Source: Synechocystis sp. PCC 6803 substr. PCC-P (GTDB taxonomy: Bacteria; Cyanobacteriota; Cyanobacteriia; Cyanobacteriales; Microcystaceae). From it: a DNA stretch of 32,000 bases. A program made the translations under genes and the position numbers. The notes below the pieces were generated by a model. That model saw nothing but the letters and a program-made list of their open reading frames with translations. It was not told where the DNA came from and ran no database searches. Below are positions 11,984 to 21,533 of the stretch, one piece after another; the first letter of the stretch is position 1; every line of letters starts with the position of its first letter. Where the stretch lies: positions 2,190,001 through 2,222,000 of the forward strand of contig NC_017039.1 of assembly GCF_000284455.1 (NCBI RefSeq). Direction: 5' to 3'.

Positions 11984-13198
11984 ATGGCTACGTTTGTCGC
12001 TCAAGTTAAAGATCGTAAAGGTAAAACCACCAAAGCCAAGGTGGAAGCCATGAGTCCAGAACAGGCTCGTACCATCCTCCGCCAACAATACGCGGCGATC
12101 GGCCCCATTAAGCCAGCCGGAGGGGAAATAAACCTCGAATTCCTGGAAAATTTACTTAACAACGTTAGTGTCAAGGACAAAGCGGTTTTCTCCCGACAGT
12201 TTTCCGTCATGATCAACGCTGGCGTGGCGATCGTTCGTTGTTTGGGGGTGCTGTCGGAACAATGTCCTAATCCCAAACTGAAAAGGGCATTAACGGGTAT
12301 TAGTGGGGAAGTTCAACAGGGCACTAACCTTTCTGAAGCCATGGGCAAATATCCCGAATGTTTTGATGACCTCTACGTCAGCATGGTGGAAGCAGGGGAA
12401 ACGGGGGGGGTTTTAGACGAAGTTCTCAACCGACTTTCCAAACTGCTGGAAGACATGGCCCGTCTGCAAAACCAAATTAAATCCGCCATGGCTTATCCGG
12501 TGGCAGTAGGTTTCTTGGCGGTGGTGGCTTTTCTCGGTATGACCATCTTCCTCATCCCTGTCTTTGCGGGAATTTTTGATGACCTGGGGGGAGAACTGCC
12601 CGCTTTAACCAAATTTATGGTCGGCCTAAGTAACTTTTTAAGAAGTCCAATGGCCGTCATCCCCGTAATTGTTATTGTGGTTGCCGTTTTTCTATTCAAA
12701 AAATATTACGGAACCTATGCTGGGCGGCGACAAGTCGATGCGGTGATGTTGAAACTACCTTTGTTTGGTCCCCTGAATGAAAAAACCGCTGTAGCTAGGT
12801 TTTGCCGGGTATTTGGCACCCTTACCCGTTCGGGGGTTCCCATTATTCAGTCTTTGGAAATTGTTTGTAATACTGTGCCCAATAAAGTGATTTCCGATGC
12901 GATCGCCGGGGCTATTAGTGAAATTCAACAGGGGGGCATGATGAGTTTGGCTCTGCAACAAAGTAAGGTTTTCCCCTCTTTGGCGATTCAAATGATTAGT
13001 ATTGGGGAAGAAACGGGGGAACTGGATGCCATGATGATGAAAGTGGCGGACTTCTATGAAGACGAAGTAGAACAAACCGTCAAAGCGTTGACTAGTATTA
13101 TAGAACCAGCTATGATGGTGCTGATTGCCGGTATGGTCGGGACAATTTTGCTTTCCATGTATCTACCCATGTTTGCCATCTTTGATCAGTTAGGTTAA
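11984..13198 (+). CDS. pilC: Type IV pilus inner-membrane platform protein PilC (GspF family), uninterrupted 404 aa
   Basis: FSRQFSVMINAGVAIVRCLGVL, LSKYPECFDDLYVSMVEAGETGGVLDEVLNRL-type motifs duplicated in the second half (SLAIQMISIGEETGELDAMMMKVADFYEDEV); three TM segments. Confidence 0.96.
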   Translation: MATFVAQVKDRKGKTTKAKVEAMSPEQARTILRQQYAAIGPIKPAGGEINLEFLENLLNNVSVKDKAVFSRQFSVMINAGVAIVRCLGVLSEQCPNPKLKRALTGISGEVQQGTNLSEAMGKYPECFDDLYVSMVEAGETGGVLDEVLNRLSKLLEDMARLQNQIKSAMAYPVAVGFLAVVAFLGMTIFLIPVFAGIFDDLGGELPALTKFMVGLSNFLRSPMAVIPVIVIVVAVFLFKKYYGTYAGRRQVDAVMLKLPLFGPLNEKTAVARFCRVFGTLTRSGVPIIQSLEIVCNTVPNKVISDAIAGAISEIQQGGMMSLALQQSKVFPSLAIQMISIGEETGELDAMMMKVADFYEDEVEQTVKALTSIIEPAMMVLIAGMVGTILLSMYLPMFAIFDQLG

Positions 13199-13599
13199 TT
13201 CAATTTTTGCCGCTGTAGTTGTGAAGAGAGTAGGGCGTCACAAAAAAAGTATTAGCGCTCTGCTTTCTTCTGATTGCTTGTGACAACTTGCTTTGATCAA
13301 TGCATGAAGCAACAGGGCGATCGCCACCATTACTTAGGAGGTCGACGTTTTTTGTGACCATTACTGGCCAATTTTGACCACGGCTTAGTCATTGGGGGTT
13401 CCTTGCCGGGGGACGCTTGGGAACTCGCGATCAGGAACAAGAGAAGGGCGACGAAATTACGTTCTGGGGGGCCGCTTTGCCCTAGGGAAACTTGCAGAGA
13501 AGGTTAAACTTAAAGGAAAATGATCGTAACCAATATCCACGGGCAAATAAGGCATTCCTCTGGTTTCGCCTTTTTATCCATCGACCCCAACCTGACAGC

Positions 13600-14277
13600 A
13601 TGGAAATAACTGCGGTTCAATCCTCCTACTATGGCGACATGGCTTTCAAAACGCCGCCGCCGGATCTTGAATCACTTCTGCTTAAAGAGCGCATCGTTTA
13701 CTTGGGAATGCCGCTTTTCTCCTCCGACGAGGTCAAGCAACAGGTCGGCATTGATGTGACCCAGTTGATTATTGCCCAACTGCTCTATCTCCAATTCGAC
13801 GATCCCGATAAACCAATCTATTTTTATATCAACTCCACTGGCACTTCCTGGTACACCGGCGATGCAGTGGGTTTTGAGACCGAAGCCTTCGCCATTTGCG
13901 ACACCCTCAACTACATCAAGCCCCCAGTGCATACCATTTGCATTGGTCAAGCCATGGGCACCGCCGCCATGATTCTTTCCTCTGGCACTAAGGGTTACCG
14001 TGCTAGTCTGCCCCACGCCACCATTGTCCTCAACCAAAACCGCACCGGAGCCCAGGGTCAGGCAACGGATATCCAAATTCGGGCCAAAGAAGTGATTTCC
14101 AACAAACAGACTATGCTGGAAATTCTTTCCCTCAACACTGGCCAAACCCAGGAAAAGTTAGCTAAAGACATGGACCGAACCTTTTACCTCACCCCTGCCC
14201 AGGCCAAGGAGTATGGACTGATTGACCGGGTGTTAGAAAGTCCAGCGGAATTGCCTAAACCAATGGCAGTGATTTAG
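13600..14277 (+). CDS. clpR: ClpR, catalytically inactive ClpP-family subunit
   Basis: ClpP fold, but the Ser motif reads GQAMGTAAMILSSG (Ser replaced by Gly) and the His motif reads TIVLNQN (His replaced by Asn). Start taken at the internal ATG MEITAVQSSYYGDM (13600); the ORF itself opens at 13492. Confidence 0.92.
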   Translation: MEITAVQSSYYGDMAFKTPPPDLESLLLKERIVYLGMPLFSSDEVKQQVGIDVTQLIIAQLLYLQFDDPDKPIYFYINSTGTSWYTGDAVGFETEAFAICDTLNYIKPPVHTICIGQAMGTAAMILSSGTKGYRASLPHATIVLNQNRTGAQGQATDIQIRAKEVISNKQTMLEILSLNTGQTQEKLAKDMDRTFYLTPAQAKEYGLIDRVLESPAELPKPMAVI

Positions 14278-14376
14278 TTAGTTTCCATTCTTTCCTGCCA
14301 ACCAAGCCCCCTTAGGTCAAATCCCGACCTTTTTAATGTAGCCAAATTCCCTTCCCAAATTTAAGCGTAGAAACCC

Positions 14377-14985
14377 ATGCCTATAGGTGTTCCCAGTGTT
14401 CCGTTTCGTCTTCCCGGCAGTCAGTATGAACGGTGGATTGATATTTATACTCGGCTGAGCCAAGAGCGGATTATTTTCCTTGGCCAAGAGGTGAATGATT
14501 CGATCGCCAATCGGATTGTGGCATTTTTGTTATACCTGGATTCCGATGATCCGAGTAAGCCGATTTATCTCTATATCAATTCCCCTGGTGGTTCAGTAAC
14601 TGCGGGTATGGCCATTTACGACACCATGCAATATATCAAGGCAGAAGTGATCACCATTTGCGTTGGTTTGGCCGCATCCATGGGGGCGTTTTTGTTAGCC
14701 TCCGGGGCACCAGGAAAACGGTTAGCCCTGCCCCATGCCCGGATTATGATCCACCAACCCATGGGCGGTACTGGCCGCCGTCAAGCAACGGACATTGACA
14801 TTGAAGCCAGGGAAATTCTCCGCATTCGTCAACAGTTGAACGAAATTATGGCCCAACGTACCGGCCAAACTGTGGAAAAAATTGCCAAGGATACCGACCG
14901 GGACTATTTCCTATCAGCGGCAGAAGCAAAGGAGTACGGCTTGATCGATAAAGTGATTGAAAACTCCACCATGGGCAATAACTAA
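14377..14985 (+). CDS. clpP: ATP-dependent Clp protease proteolytic subunit (ClpP3-like)
   Basis: Intact catalytic motifs [14 protein letters not shown] (Ser), [10 protein letters not shown] (His) and KDTDRDYF (Asp). Confidence 0.96.
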   Translation: MPIGVPSVPFRLPGSQYERWIDIYTRLSQERIIFLGQEVNDSIANRIVAFLLYLDSDDPSKPIYLYINSPGGSVTAGMAIYDTMQYIKAEVITICVGLAASMGAFLLASGAPGKRLALPHARIMIHQPMGGTGRRQATDIDIEAREILRIRQQLNEIMAQRTGQTVEKIAKDTDRDYFLSAAEAKEYGLIDKVIENSTMGNN

Positions 14986-15049
14986 GCTAATAGCCCAATC
15001 AATAATTGTTTCTTGGCAAAACCTCTGGCAAGGTTCCAAGATAAGATCC

Positions 15050-15091
15050 ATCTCCCCATTACGGTTAAAACAAACCTGGGGAGATTTTTTT
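15050..15091 (+). terminator. Intrinsic terminator-like hairpin downstream of clpP
   Basis: ATCTCCCC (15050-15057) pairs perfectly with GGGGAGAT (15078-15085), with an inner GGTT/AACC helix, followed by TTTTTTT (15085-15091). Confidence 0.75.
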
Positions 15092-15195
15092 GCTCTGGAA
15101 ATTGATCACAGAAGGGAGTTCAGTCAGAATCCTGAGTCAGCCGCCGGAATCCCTTCCGGGCCGGGACTTTGAGCAGATTTACAGGGTTTAGCCCA

Positions 15196-16527
15196 TCAAT
15201 GTTCTAAATCGGCGATCGCCTTGGGCACGGCACTGGTTAACACATCGGGGCCTTGGGCAGTGACCAATACGTCATCCTCAATGCGAATGCCAATACCTCG
15301 CCATTGTTCCGGCACTTCCGGCTGTCCTTCGGCGGGTTTAATATCGGGGGCGATGTAAATACCCGGTTCTACGGTGAGCACTTGCCCTGGCTCCAACACC
15401 GTCCAGGTTTCCTTATCCTGTTTGTAATTGCCGGCATCGTGGACATCTAGCCCCAGCCAATGGCCGGTGCGATGCATATAGAAGGGCTTATATTTTTCTT
15501 CTTTGATAATTTCCTCCTTATTTCCCACCAGTAGACCCAAATCCATCAGACCATCCACAATCACGGACACTGCCGCATCATGGTATTCGTGGTAGGGATT
15601 GCCCGCCTGTACCTTGGCGATCGCCGCTTCCTGGGCAGTTAGAACAATTTCGTAGAGGGTGCGTTGTTCGGGACTAAATTTACCGTTGATGGGAAAGGTA
15701 CGGGTGATGTCACCGTTATAGTAACCGTAGGCACAACCTGCATCGATGAGTAGTAAATCCCCATCTTGCAAAGGGCAGTCATTGTTGATGTAGTGCAAAA
15801 TACAGGCATTTTTTCCTGCCGCCACAATGGAAGGATAAGCCGGCCCCAGGCCCCCTTCCCGCCGAAAAATAATTTCCAATTCCGCCTGCACTTGATATTC
15901 GTAATGTCCCGGTCGAGCAAATTCCATGGCCCGTTGATGGGCGATCGCCGACAGGTCACAGGCCCGCCGCAACAAGGCTAATTCAGTTTCACTTTTAACT
16001 TGCCGGAGGGGATGCACCAAGGGATGGGAATTCACTAAAGCTTGGGGACCATAGCCTTGGCGGGGATAGGCGGCCAATTGTTTTTGCCAGTGCTTGAGGA
16101 TGGTTTGATTTAACGCTTCATCTCGACCGAGGTGGTAATGGATTTTATCTGCCTTTTCCAGATATTTCGGTAAATGCTCATCCAATTCCCCAATGGGATA
16201 GGCAATGTCCGACCCAAAGCTGGATTGAACCCCCTCCACACCGTAGCGAATGCCCGTCCAGGTTTCCTTGGCTGGATCCTTGGGTTGCACAAATAGAATA
16301 AATTGATGTTCTTCGTGGTGGGGCGCAAAAACGGCGATCGCCTCCGGTTCATTGAAGCCCGTCAGGTAATAAAAATCACTATCTTGACGAAATACGTATT
16401 CCACATCGTTGTGCATCACCGCCTGGGGCGCACTGGCAAAAATGGCCGTCCCCTGGCCTAGCTTGGCCATTAGGCGATCGCGACGTTGACGATATTCAGC
16501 GGAACTAACAACCGGATGCATGGGCAA
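15196..16527 (-). CDS. pepP: Xaa-Pro aminopeptidase (aminopeptidase P)
   Basis: MHPVVSSAEYRQRRDRLMAKLG..., metal-binding DAGCAYGYYNGDITRTFPI, HRTGHWLGLDVHD, and EPGQVLTVEPGIY. Confidence 0.93.
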   Translation of the reverse strand: MPMHPVVSSAEYRQRRDRLMAKLGQGTAIFASAPQAVMHNDVEYVFRQDSDFYYLTGFNEPEAIAVFAPHHEEHQFILFVQPKDPAKETWTGIRYGVEGVQSSFGSDIAYPIGELDEHLPKYLEKADKIHYHLGRDEALNQTILKHWQKQLAAYPRQGYGPQALVNSHPLVHPLRQVKSETELALLRRACDLSAIAHQRAMEFARPGHYEYQVQAELEIIFRREGGLGPAYPSIVAAGKNACILHYINNDCPLQDGDLLLIDAGCAYGYYNGDITRTFPINGKFSPEQRTLYEIVLTAQEAAIAKVQAGNPYHEYHDAAVSVIVDGLMDLGLLVGNKEEIIKEEKYKPFYMHRTGHWLGLDVHDAGNYKQDKETWTVLEPGQVLTVEPGIYIAPDIKPAEGQPEVPEQWRGIGIRIEDDVLVTAQGPDVLTSAVPKAIADLEH

Positions 16528-16603
16528 AAGTCAGACGAGTGAAAGGTCAATTCCCCCATTTTACCGGCTCGGAAAAAAGCACGACCAGATTCAAACCGGA
16601 GGT

Positions 16604-17488
16604 TCATGGGGCAGGGGGATAATACTTGCCCAAAAGCAAAGATAACTTTTCGTAGGTGGCGGCAGGAAACTTGTCCGGGGGAGTTAGCACCGCATACTGT
16701 AAAGCTCTGTGGGCAATGGATTCAAAGGGATTGGCCGCCAATTGTTTGACCGTTTCCAGGATCACCTGTTGGGCATTGACCGCATTTTTTTGCAGATTAC
16801 CAATCACCATTTCCACCGTCACATGGTCATGGTCTGGGTGCCAGCAGTCATAGTCCGTCACCAGGGCCAAAGTGGCGTAGGCAATTTCCGCTTCCCTAGC
16901 TAGCTTGGCCTCCGGCAAATTGGTCATACCAATGACAGTACCGCCCCAACTGCGATACAAATTCGATTCCGCAATGGTGGAAAAGGCTGGTCCTTCCATG
17001 GACACATAGGTTCCCCGATCGTGGAGCGTCACCCCTTCCAACTCCAAACCGGCGATCGCCGTAGAGAGACACTGGGCTAACTGAGGGCAAATCGGATTAC
17101 CAAAACCAATGTGGGCCACAATCCCCTCGCCAAAAAAAGTGGAGATTCGCTGGCGGGTGCGGTCAATGAATTGATCCGGAACGACCATATCCAAAGGTTT
17201 TGCTTCTGCCTGCAAAGAACCCACCGCTGACGCAGAAATTAAATATTTCACCCCCAACTGTTTCATGCCATGGATATTGGCTCGAAAAGGAATCTCACTG
17301 GGCAAAAGGTGATGTCCCCGACCATGGCGGGCTAAAAAGGCCACCCGCACCCCGGCCAATTCCCCCACAATGAAACTGTCCGAGGGAGCGCCAAAGGGAG
17401 TATCAAGGGTTACCTCCTCAACATTTTTGAGGGCTTCCATTTGATAGAGGCCGCTGCCGCCGATGATGCCAATTGGTGCATTTACCAT
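16604..17488 (-). CDS. mtnP: S-methyl-5'-thioadenosine phosphorylase
   Basis: [17 protein letters not shown]..., [35 protein letters not shown]. Internal ATG at 17488 chosen over the ORF start at 17584. Confidence 0.94.
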
Positions 17489-17528
17489 GGTGGAATTTTT
17501 TCTAATAAAACAACTGACCCTTCCAGGC

Positions 17529-17765
17529 TTAGTCTTCGTCCATATCGTCACTGCCGTCATCGCCATAGAGATTATCATCCCCATCCATCAACTCAGCAAT
17601 GTCCACATCTTCGTCACTCATATTGCTGGTGGTACCTTCTTCAATTTCCCGATAAATCAAACGATTATTACTTTCTAGCCAGTCAATTAGGGACTGCTCA
17701 CGGGTAACGGGCAAAACTGCCGCCGGCTCGTAACGGGCTTCTCGACGGAGGGAGGGATTGTACAT
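17529..17765 (-). CDS. Small conserved cyanobacterial protein with acidic tail (DUF3134-like)
   Basis: [43 protein letters not shown]... then an Asp/Glu-rich C-terminus. Family name is from memory. Confidence 0.65.
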
Positions 17766-17831
17766 AGTGCTTAGTGCCAACTATTGAATTATCTATACTT
17801 GAGCGACCCATCATTATAGCAAAATGGGCTT

Positions 17832-18020
17832 CTAGTCTGGAACAGTGGGTAAATTTCGGATTAGCTGACGCAACACTTCGGTTTTAGTCCGCCCTTCCGC
17901 CGCACAGTAACGCTCCAAATGAACCAAATCTTTTTCGGGTAAGCGAATTGTTAGTACCTTGTCGGATTTCGGTTTTGTTCTAATCATTGCCCTCACAGGA
18001 TCCTTCTCTTTCCCCAGCAT
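17832..18020 (-). CDS. Small ribbon-helix-helix (CopG-like) protein, 62 aa or shorter
   Basis: DKVLTIRLPEKDLVHLERYCAAEGRTKTEVLRQLIRNL fits the beta-strand/helix/helix RHH pattern. Start uncertain (MIRTKPK is an alternative). Confidence 0.65.
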   Translation of the reverse strand: MLGKEKDPVRAMIRTKPKSDKVLTIRLPEKDLVHLERYCAAEGRTKTEVLRQLIRNLPTVPD

Positions 18021-18095
18021 AGCAACTTTCAGGGGATTACCATGGCATCACAGTAGGCGATCGCCTCTCCCTTTTGACATGGTCAAGTTGCCCTA

Positions 18096-18970
18096 AGAGC
18101 GTGTTTGAAAAGTCGGCATAATTGGGAAAAATGGTGAAGAATATAGAATTTTCACCGTAATGATACTGAGAGAATTTTACAGCAGCGACATCAGTGATAG
18201 CCAGTAGCAATTGGTAGAATCCAATCTCCCCCAAGCAAAAAGTGGGGGAAGAAAACGGAAAACTAATCCGAGGGAAGTGCTTAATGCCATTTTTTACATG
18301 CTCAGAGCGGGTTGTGCTTGGCGACTTCTACCCCATGATTTTCCCAAATGGCGAACAGTCTATGGTTATTTCCGACAGTGGCAGGAAGACGGTACCTGGA
18401 AAAAATTGAATCACATCCTCAGAAAGAAGATTCGACTTAAGGCCGGAAGAAATGCCAACCCTAGTGCTGGTTGTTTGGACTCACTCACAGTCAGTGAGAA
18501 AGGCTGGCGCTGGACAAGAAAGTGGTTATGACGGTGGAAAAAAGGTCAATGGTCGTAAACGTACAATCCTCGTGGATACCATGGGATTACTTCTCGATGT
18601 TGTGGTTCACAGCGCTCATCGCTCAGACCACCAAGGTCTTACTCTACTCGGTACTTGGTTTGCTCCTCTATGGCAGTGCCTGCAATTGATATGGACTGAT
18701 AGCACTTTTGGCAGTAAGAATTTTACTGCCTGGGTTAATGAGACCTTTGGCTAGAATTTGGAAATCGTCAGCAAAAAGGATGGACAAAAGGGTTTTGAGG
18801 TTTTGCCTCGACGTTGGGTTGTTGAACGTACCTTTGCTTGGTTTGGTCGCTACCGTCGTTTAAGCAAGGATTATGAATATTTACCTACCACCAGTGAGAC
18901 AATGCTCTATGTTGCCATGCTCCATCTCATGCTCCGAAGGCTTTGCCTCGAACTTTTCAAACATATTCTT
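18096..18970 (+). mobile_element. IS5-family (IS427-like) insertion sequence, degenerate copy, about 875 bp
   Basis: Imperfect terminal inverted repeats AGAGCGTGTTTGAAAAGT (18096-18113) and reverse complement AGAATATGTTTGAAAAGT (18953-18970), flanked by TA on both sides (18094-18095, 18971-18972), enclosing IS5-type transposase remnants. Confidence 0.85.
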
Positions 18971-18988
18971 AAGTTCCTTTGGGCTTAA
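18160..18988 (+). pseudogene. IS5-family transposase pseudogene
   Basis: QAKSGGRKRKTNPREVLNAIFYMLRAGCAWRLLPHDFPKWRTVYGYFRQW..., [50 protein letters not shown]. Interrupted by TAG at 18205-18207, a CTCA duplication near 18480-18490, and TAG at 18752-18754. Confidence 0.9.
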
Positions 18989-19108
18989 AAAAGCTCCCGT
19001 GAGAACTATGGCTAACCCTTGCCATTGCTAATGGGTGGGCCCCAGGTTTTACGCTACCGTGGACAATAGTGACAATGCCAACACTTTTTGCAAATTTCCA
19101 ACTTTTCC

Positions 19109-20305
19109 ATGACCGTTCCTGCCCCCCACCAGAAAGCCAAAGGTCTTAAGCCCGGTAGTCCCCGCCCCGCCAAGGAACTCTGTAGTGATTGCGGTCTGTG
19201 TGACACCTACTATATCCATTACGTTAAAGAAGCCTGTGCTTTCATTAACCAGCAGTTTGACCATTTGGAGGAGCAGACCCATGGCCGGTCGAGAGAACTG
19301 GGTAAAGAAGATGAGGTTTATTTTGGTGTTCACCAAAAAATGCTCACCGCCCAGAAAAAAGAACCTATCCCCGGGGCCCAGTGGACAGGCATTGTCAGCA
19401 CCATTGGTTGTGAAATGCTAAACAAAGGCCTGGTAGAAGGGGTGGTCTGTGTGCAAAATACCCCCGAAGATCGTTTCCAGCCCCAGGTGGTAATCGCCAG
19501 AACTCCAGCCGAAGTGCTAGCCGCCAAGGTTAATAAACCCACCCTTTCCCCCAATTTATCCGTGTTAGAGGAAGTGGAGAAGTCAGGTTTGAAGCGATTA
19601 TTAGTTATTGGGGTGGGTTGCCAAATCCAAGCTCTGCGGGCGGTGGAAAAACAATTGGGTTTGGAAAAACTTTATGTGTTGGGAACGCCCTGTGTGGATA
19701 ATGTTTCCCGGGCTGGGTTACAGAAGTTTTTGGAAACTACTAGTAGATCGCCAGAAACGGTAGTTTATTACGAATTTATGCAGGATTTCCGGGTACATTT
19801 TAAACATGAAGACGGCTCGACGGAATTGGTCCCCTTCTTTGGCTTAAAAACAAATCAATTGAAGGAGGTTTTTGCCCCTTCTTGCATGAGTTGTTTTGAT
19901 TACGTCAACGGTTTGGCAGATCTGGTAGTGGGTTATATGGGGGCTCCCTTTGGCTGGCAATGGTTAGTGGTACGCAATCAAACGGGCCAAGAAATGTTAG
20001 ACCTAGTGCAAGACCAACTACATATTGGGCAAGTAAGTTCCAGTGGCGATCGCCATCAGGCAGTGCAACAGGGGATTACGGCCTACGACAAGGCGGTAAC
20101 GTTACCCATGTGGGTGGCAAAAATAATGGGCTTAGTAATTGATAAAATTGGCCCCACGGGTCTGGAATATGCTCGCTTTTCCATTGATTCCCACTTCACC
20201 CGTAACTATTTGTATGTCAAACGGAACCATCCGGAAAAGTTGGCTGACCACGTCCCTCCCTTCGCCAAGAAAATTGTTGAGCAGTATAAACTTCCCCAGC
20301 AATAA
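19109..20305 (+). CDS. bciB: Ferredoxin-dependent 3,8-divinyl (proto)chlorophyllide 8-vinyl reductase, BciB type (F420-hydrogenase beta-subunit-like)
   Basis: Fe-S cysteine motif ELCSDCGLCDTYYIHYVKEACAF, GTPCVDNVSRAGLQKFL, FGLKTNQLKEVFAPSCMSCFDYVNGLADLVVGYMG. Start taken at the internal ATG MTVPAPHQ; ORF opens at 19088. Confidence 0.88.
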   Translation: MTVPAPHQKAKGLKPGSPRPAKELCSDCGLCDTYYIHYVKEACAFINQQFDHLEEQTHGRSRELGKEDEVYFGVHQKMLTAQKKEPIPGAQWTGIVSTIGCEMLNKGLVEGVVCVQNTPEDRFQPQVVIARTPAEVLAAKVNKPTLSPNLSVLEEVEKSGLKRLLVIGVGCQIQALRAVEKQLGLEKLYVLGTPCVDNVSRAGLQKFLETTSRSPETVVYYEFMQDFRVHFKHEDGSTELVPFFGLKTNQLKEVFAPSCMSCFDYVNGLADLVVGYMGAPFGWQWLVVRNQTGQEMLDLVQDQLHIGQVSSSGDRHQAVQQGITAYDKAVTLPMWVAKIMGLVIDKIGPTGLEYARFSIDSHFTRNYLYVKRNHPEKLADHVPPFAKKIVEQYKLPQQ

Positions 20306-20330
20306 ACCCCAATAAAATTCAAGGAAGGCT

Positions 20331-21533
20331 ATGAAAAAATCCTTATTTATGGTCGGTACGCTAGCATTTTTTTCTGGTTTGCCCGCTGGTGGTGCCTGGG
20401 GAGAATCCCTCGATAACAAAGTGCAAACTATTTTGGACGAACATTATCAAAACCGTCGAGAGCCTGAGTTTTTTAGTGCGATTCAGTTGTCCACTAAAGT
20501 GGGGGATGGGGATATTAAAACCTACGTGGTGGGAACCAAAAGCCATGCCCCTAATAGTCCGCCCATAGATGCCAAAAGTCTGTTTCAAATTGGCAGTATA
20601 ACCAAATCTTTTACTTCAGTTTTATTGCTCCAAGCAGAGGCGGAAAATAAAGTTAATTTGGGGGATGACTTTACCACTTATCTACCGGAATATGACCACT
20701 GGAATGGAGTAACCATTACTCAACTATTGAATATGACTTCCGGGTTACCCAACTACAGTGATAGTCCCACCCTTAACTATGGCTTTGTGCAAAGCCCGGA
20801 GCGCATCTGGCAAGATAAGGAATTGGTGGATGTGGTGTATCCCCAGCCTAACTTGCCGGCTCCACCCCTAAATACTGGCTATGCCTACACTAACACTGCT
20901 TACACATTGGGGGGTCTGGTGTTAGAAAAGGTTTATGGTCAAAGTTATGCCGAATTAATTGATAAAAAACTTTTGCAACCGTTGGAACTAAACAATACTT
21001 TTTATCCCATTCCTAGTTATCCCCCGGACATTTTAGATCGCATGGTGGAAGGCAGTAGTTTTAACCCGTACACCAATCCTGAATTAGCAGGAAAACCGGT
21101 GGCTAATGGCAATCTTTCCTGGGCTGGAGCGGCTGGAGGACTGGTAGCTAACACGGAAGATATTATTAATTGGGTTAGGGCTTTGTTTGTAGAAGATCAA
21201 CTACTGTCAACGGAGCAAAAAACACAGTTAACCCGACTAGTTTCCCTCATTACTGGTAAGCTCATTGATGGTACGACTTCGGAAGAGCAGAGGGGTTTTG
21301 GTTTGGGTGTTGTCCAAGGTTACCACGAAGATTGGGGACAGTATTGGTTTTACCAGGGGGAGACCATTGGTCATCGCTCTTTTTATCTTTATTTTCCCTG
21401 TAATGAGGTAATTATTTCTGCCTTGTTTAATAGTGCAGTTGATGATCAAAATAACGATGTTAAACCCCTTCTGGTTGGTGTTTACGAAGCTCTTTTAGAC
21501 GACCAGCCAAGCTTGGCTTGCAAAACTAAATAA
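20331..21533 (+). CDS. Serine beta-lactamase / D-Ala-D-Ala carboxypeptidase-like (class C fold) exported protein
   Basis: Signal peptide MKKSLFMVGTLAFFSGLPAGGAWG, catalytic SxxK in FQIGSITKSFTSVLLLQ, and GYAYTNTAYTLGGLVLEK (YxN). Confidence 0.87.
   Translation: MKKSLFMVGTLAFFSGLPAGGAWGESLDNKVQTILDEHYQNRREPEFFSAIQLSTKVGDGDIKTYVVGTKSHAPNSPPIDAKSLFQIGSITKSFTSVLLLQAEAENKVNLGDDFTTYLPEYDHWNGVTITQLLNMTSGLPNYSDSPTLNYGFVQSPERIWQDKELVDVVYPQPNLPAPPLNTGYAYTNTAYTLGGLVLEKVYGQSYAELIDKKLLQPLELNNTFYPIPSYPPDILDRMVEGSSFNPYTNPELAGKPVANGNLSWAGAAGGLVANTEDIINWVRALFVEDQLLSTEQKTQLTRLVSLITGKLIDGTTSEEQRGFGLGVVQGYHEDWGQYWFYQGETIGHRSFYLYFPCNEVIISALFNSAVDDQNNDVKPLLVGVYEALLDDQPSLACKTK

Noticed and set aside
13672-14145. 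157-aa minus-strand ORF
   Set aside because: Fully antisense to clpR, which has clear ClpP-family homology.
18037-18234. 65-aa minus-strand ORF
   Set aside because: Crosses the left end of the IS element and is antisense to the transposase remnant.
18160-18988. Possible programmed frameshift in the IS5-like transposase
   Set aside because: No slippery heptamer at the junction. The shift coincides with a CTCA tandem duplication, and there are also two in-frame TAGs, so decay is the simpler reading.
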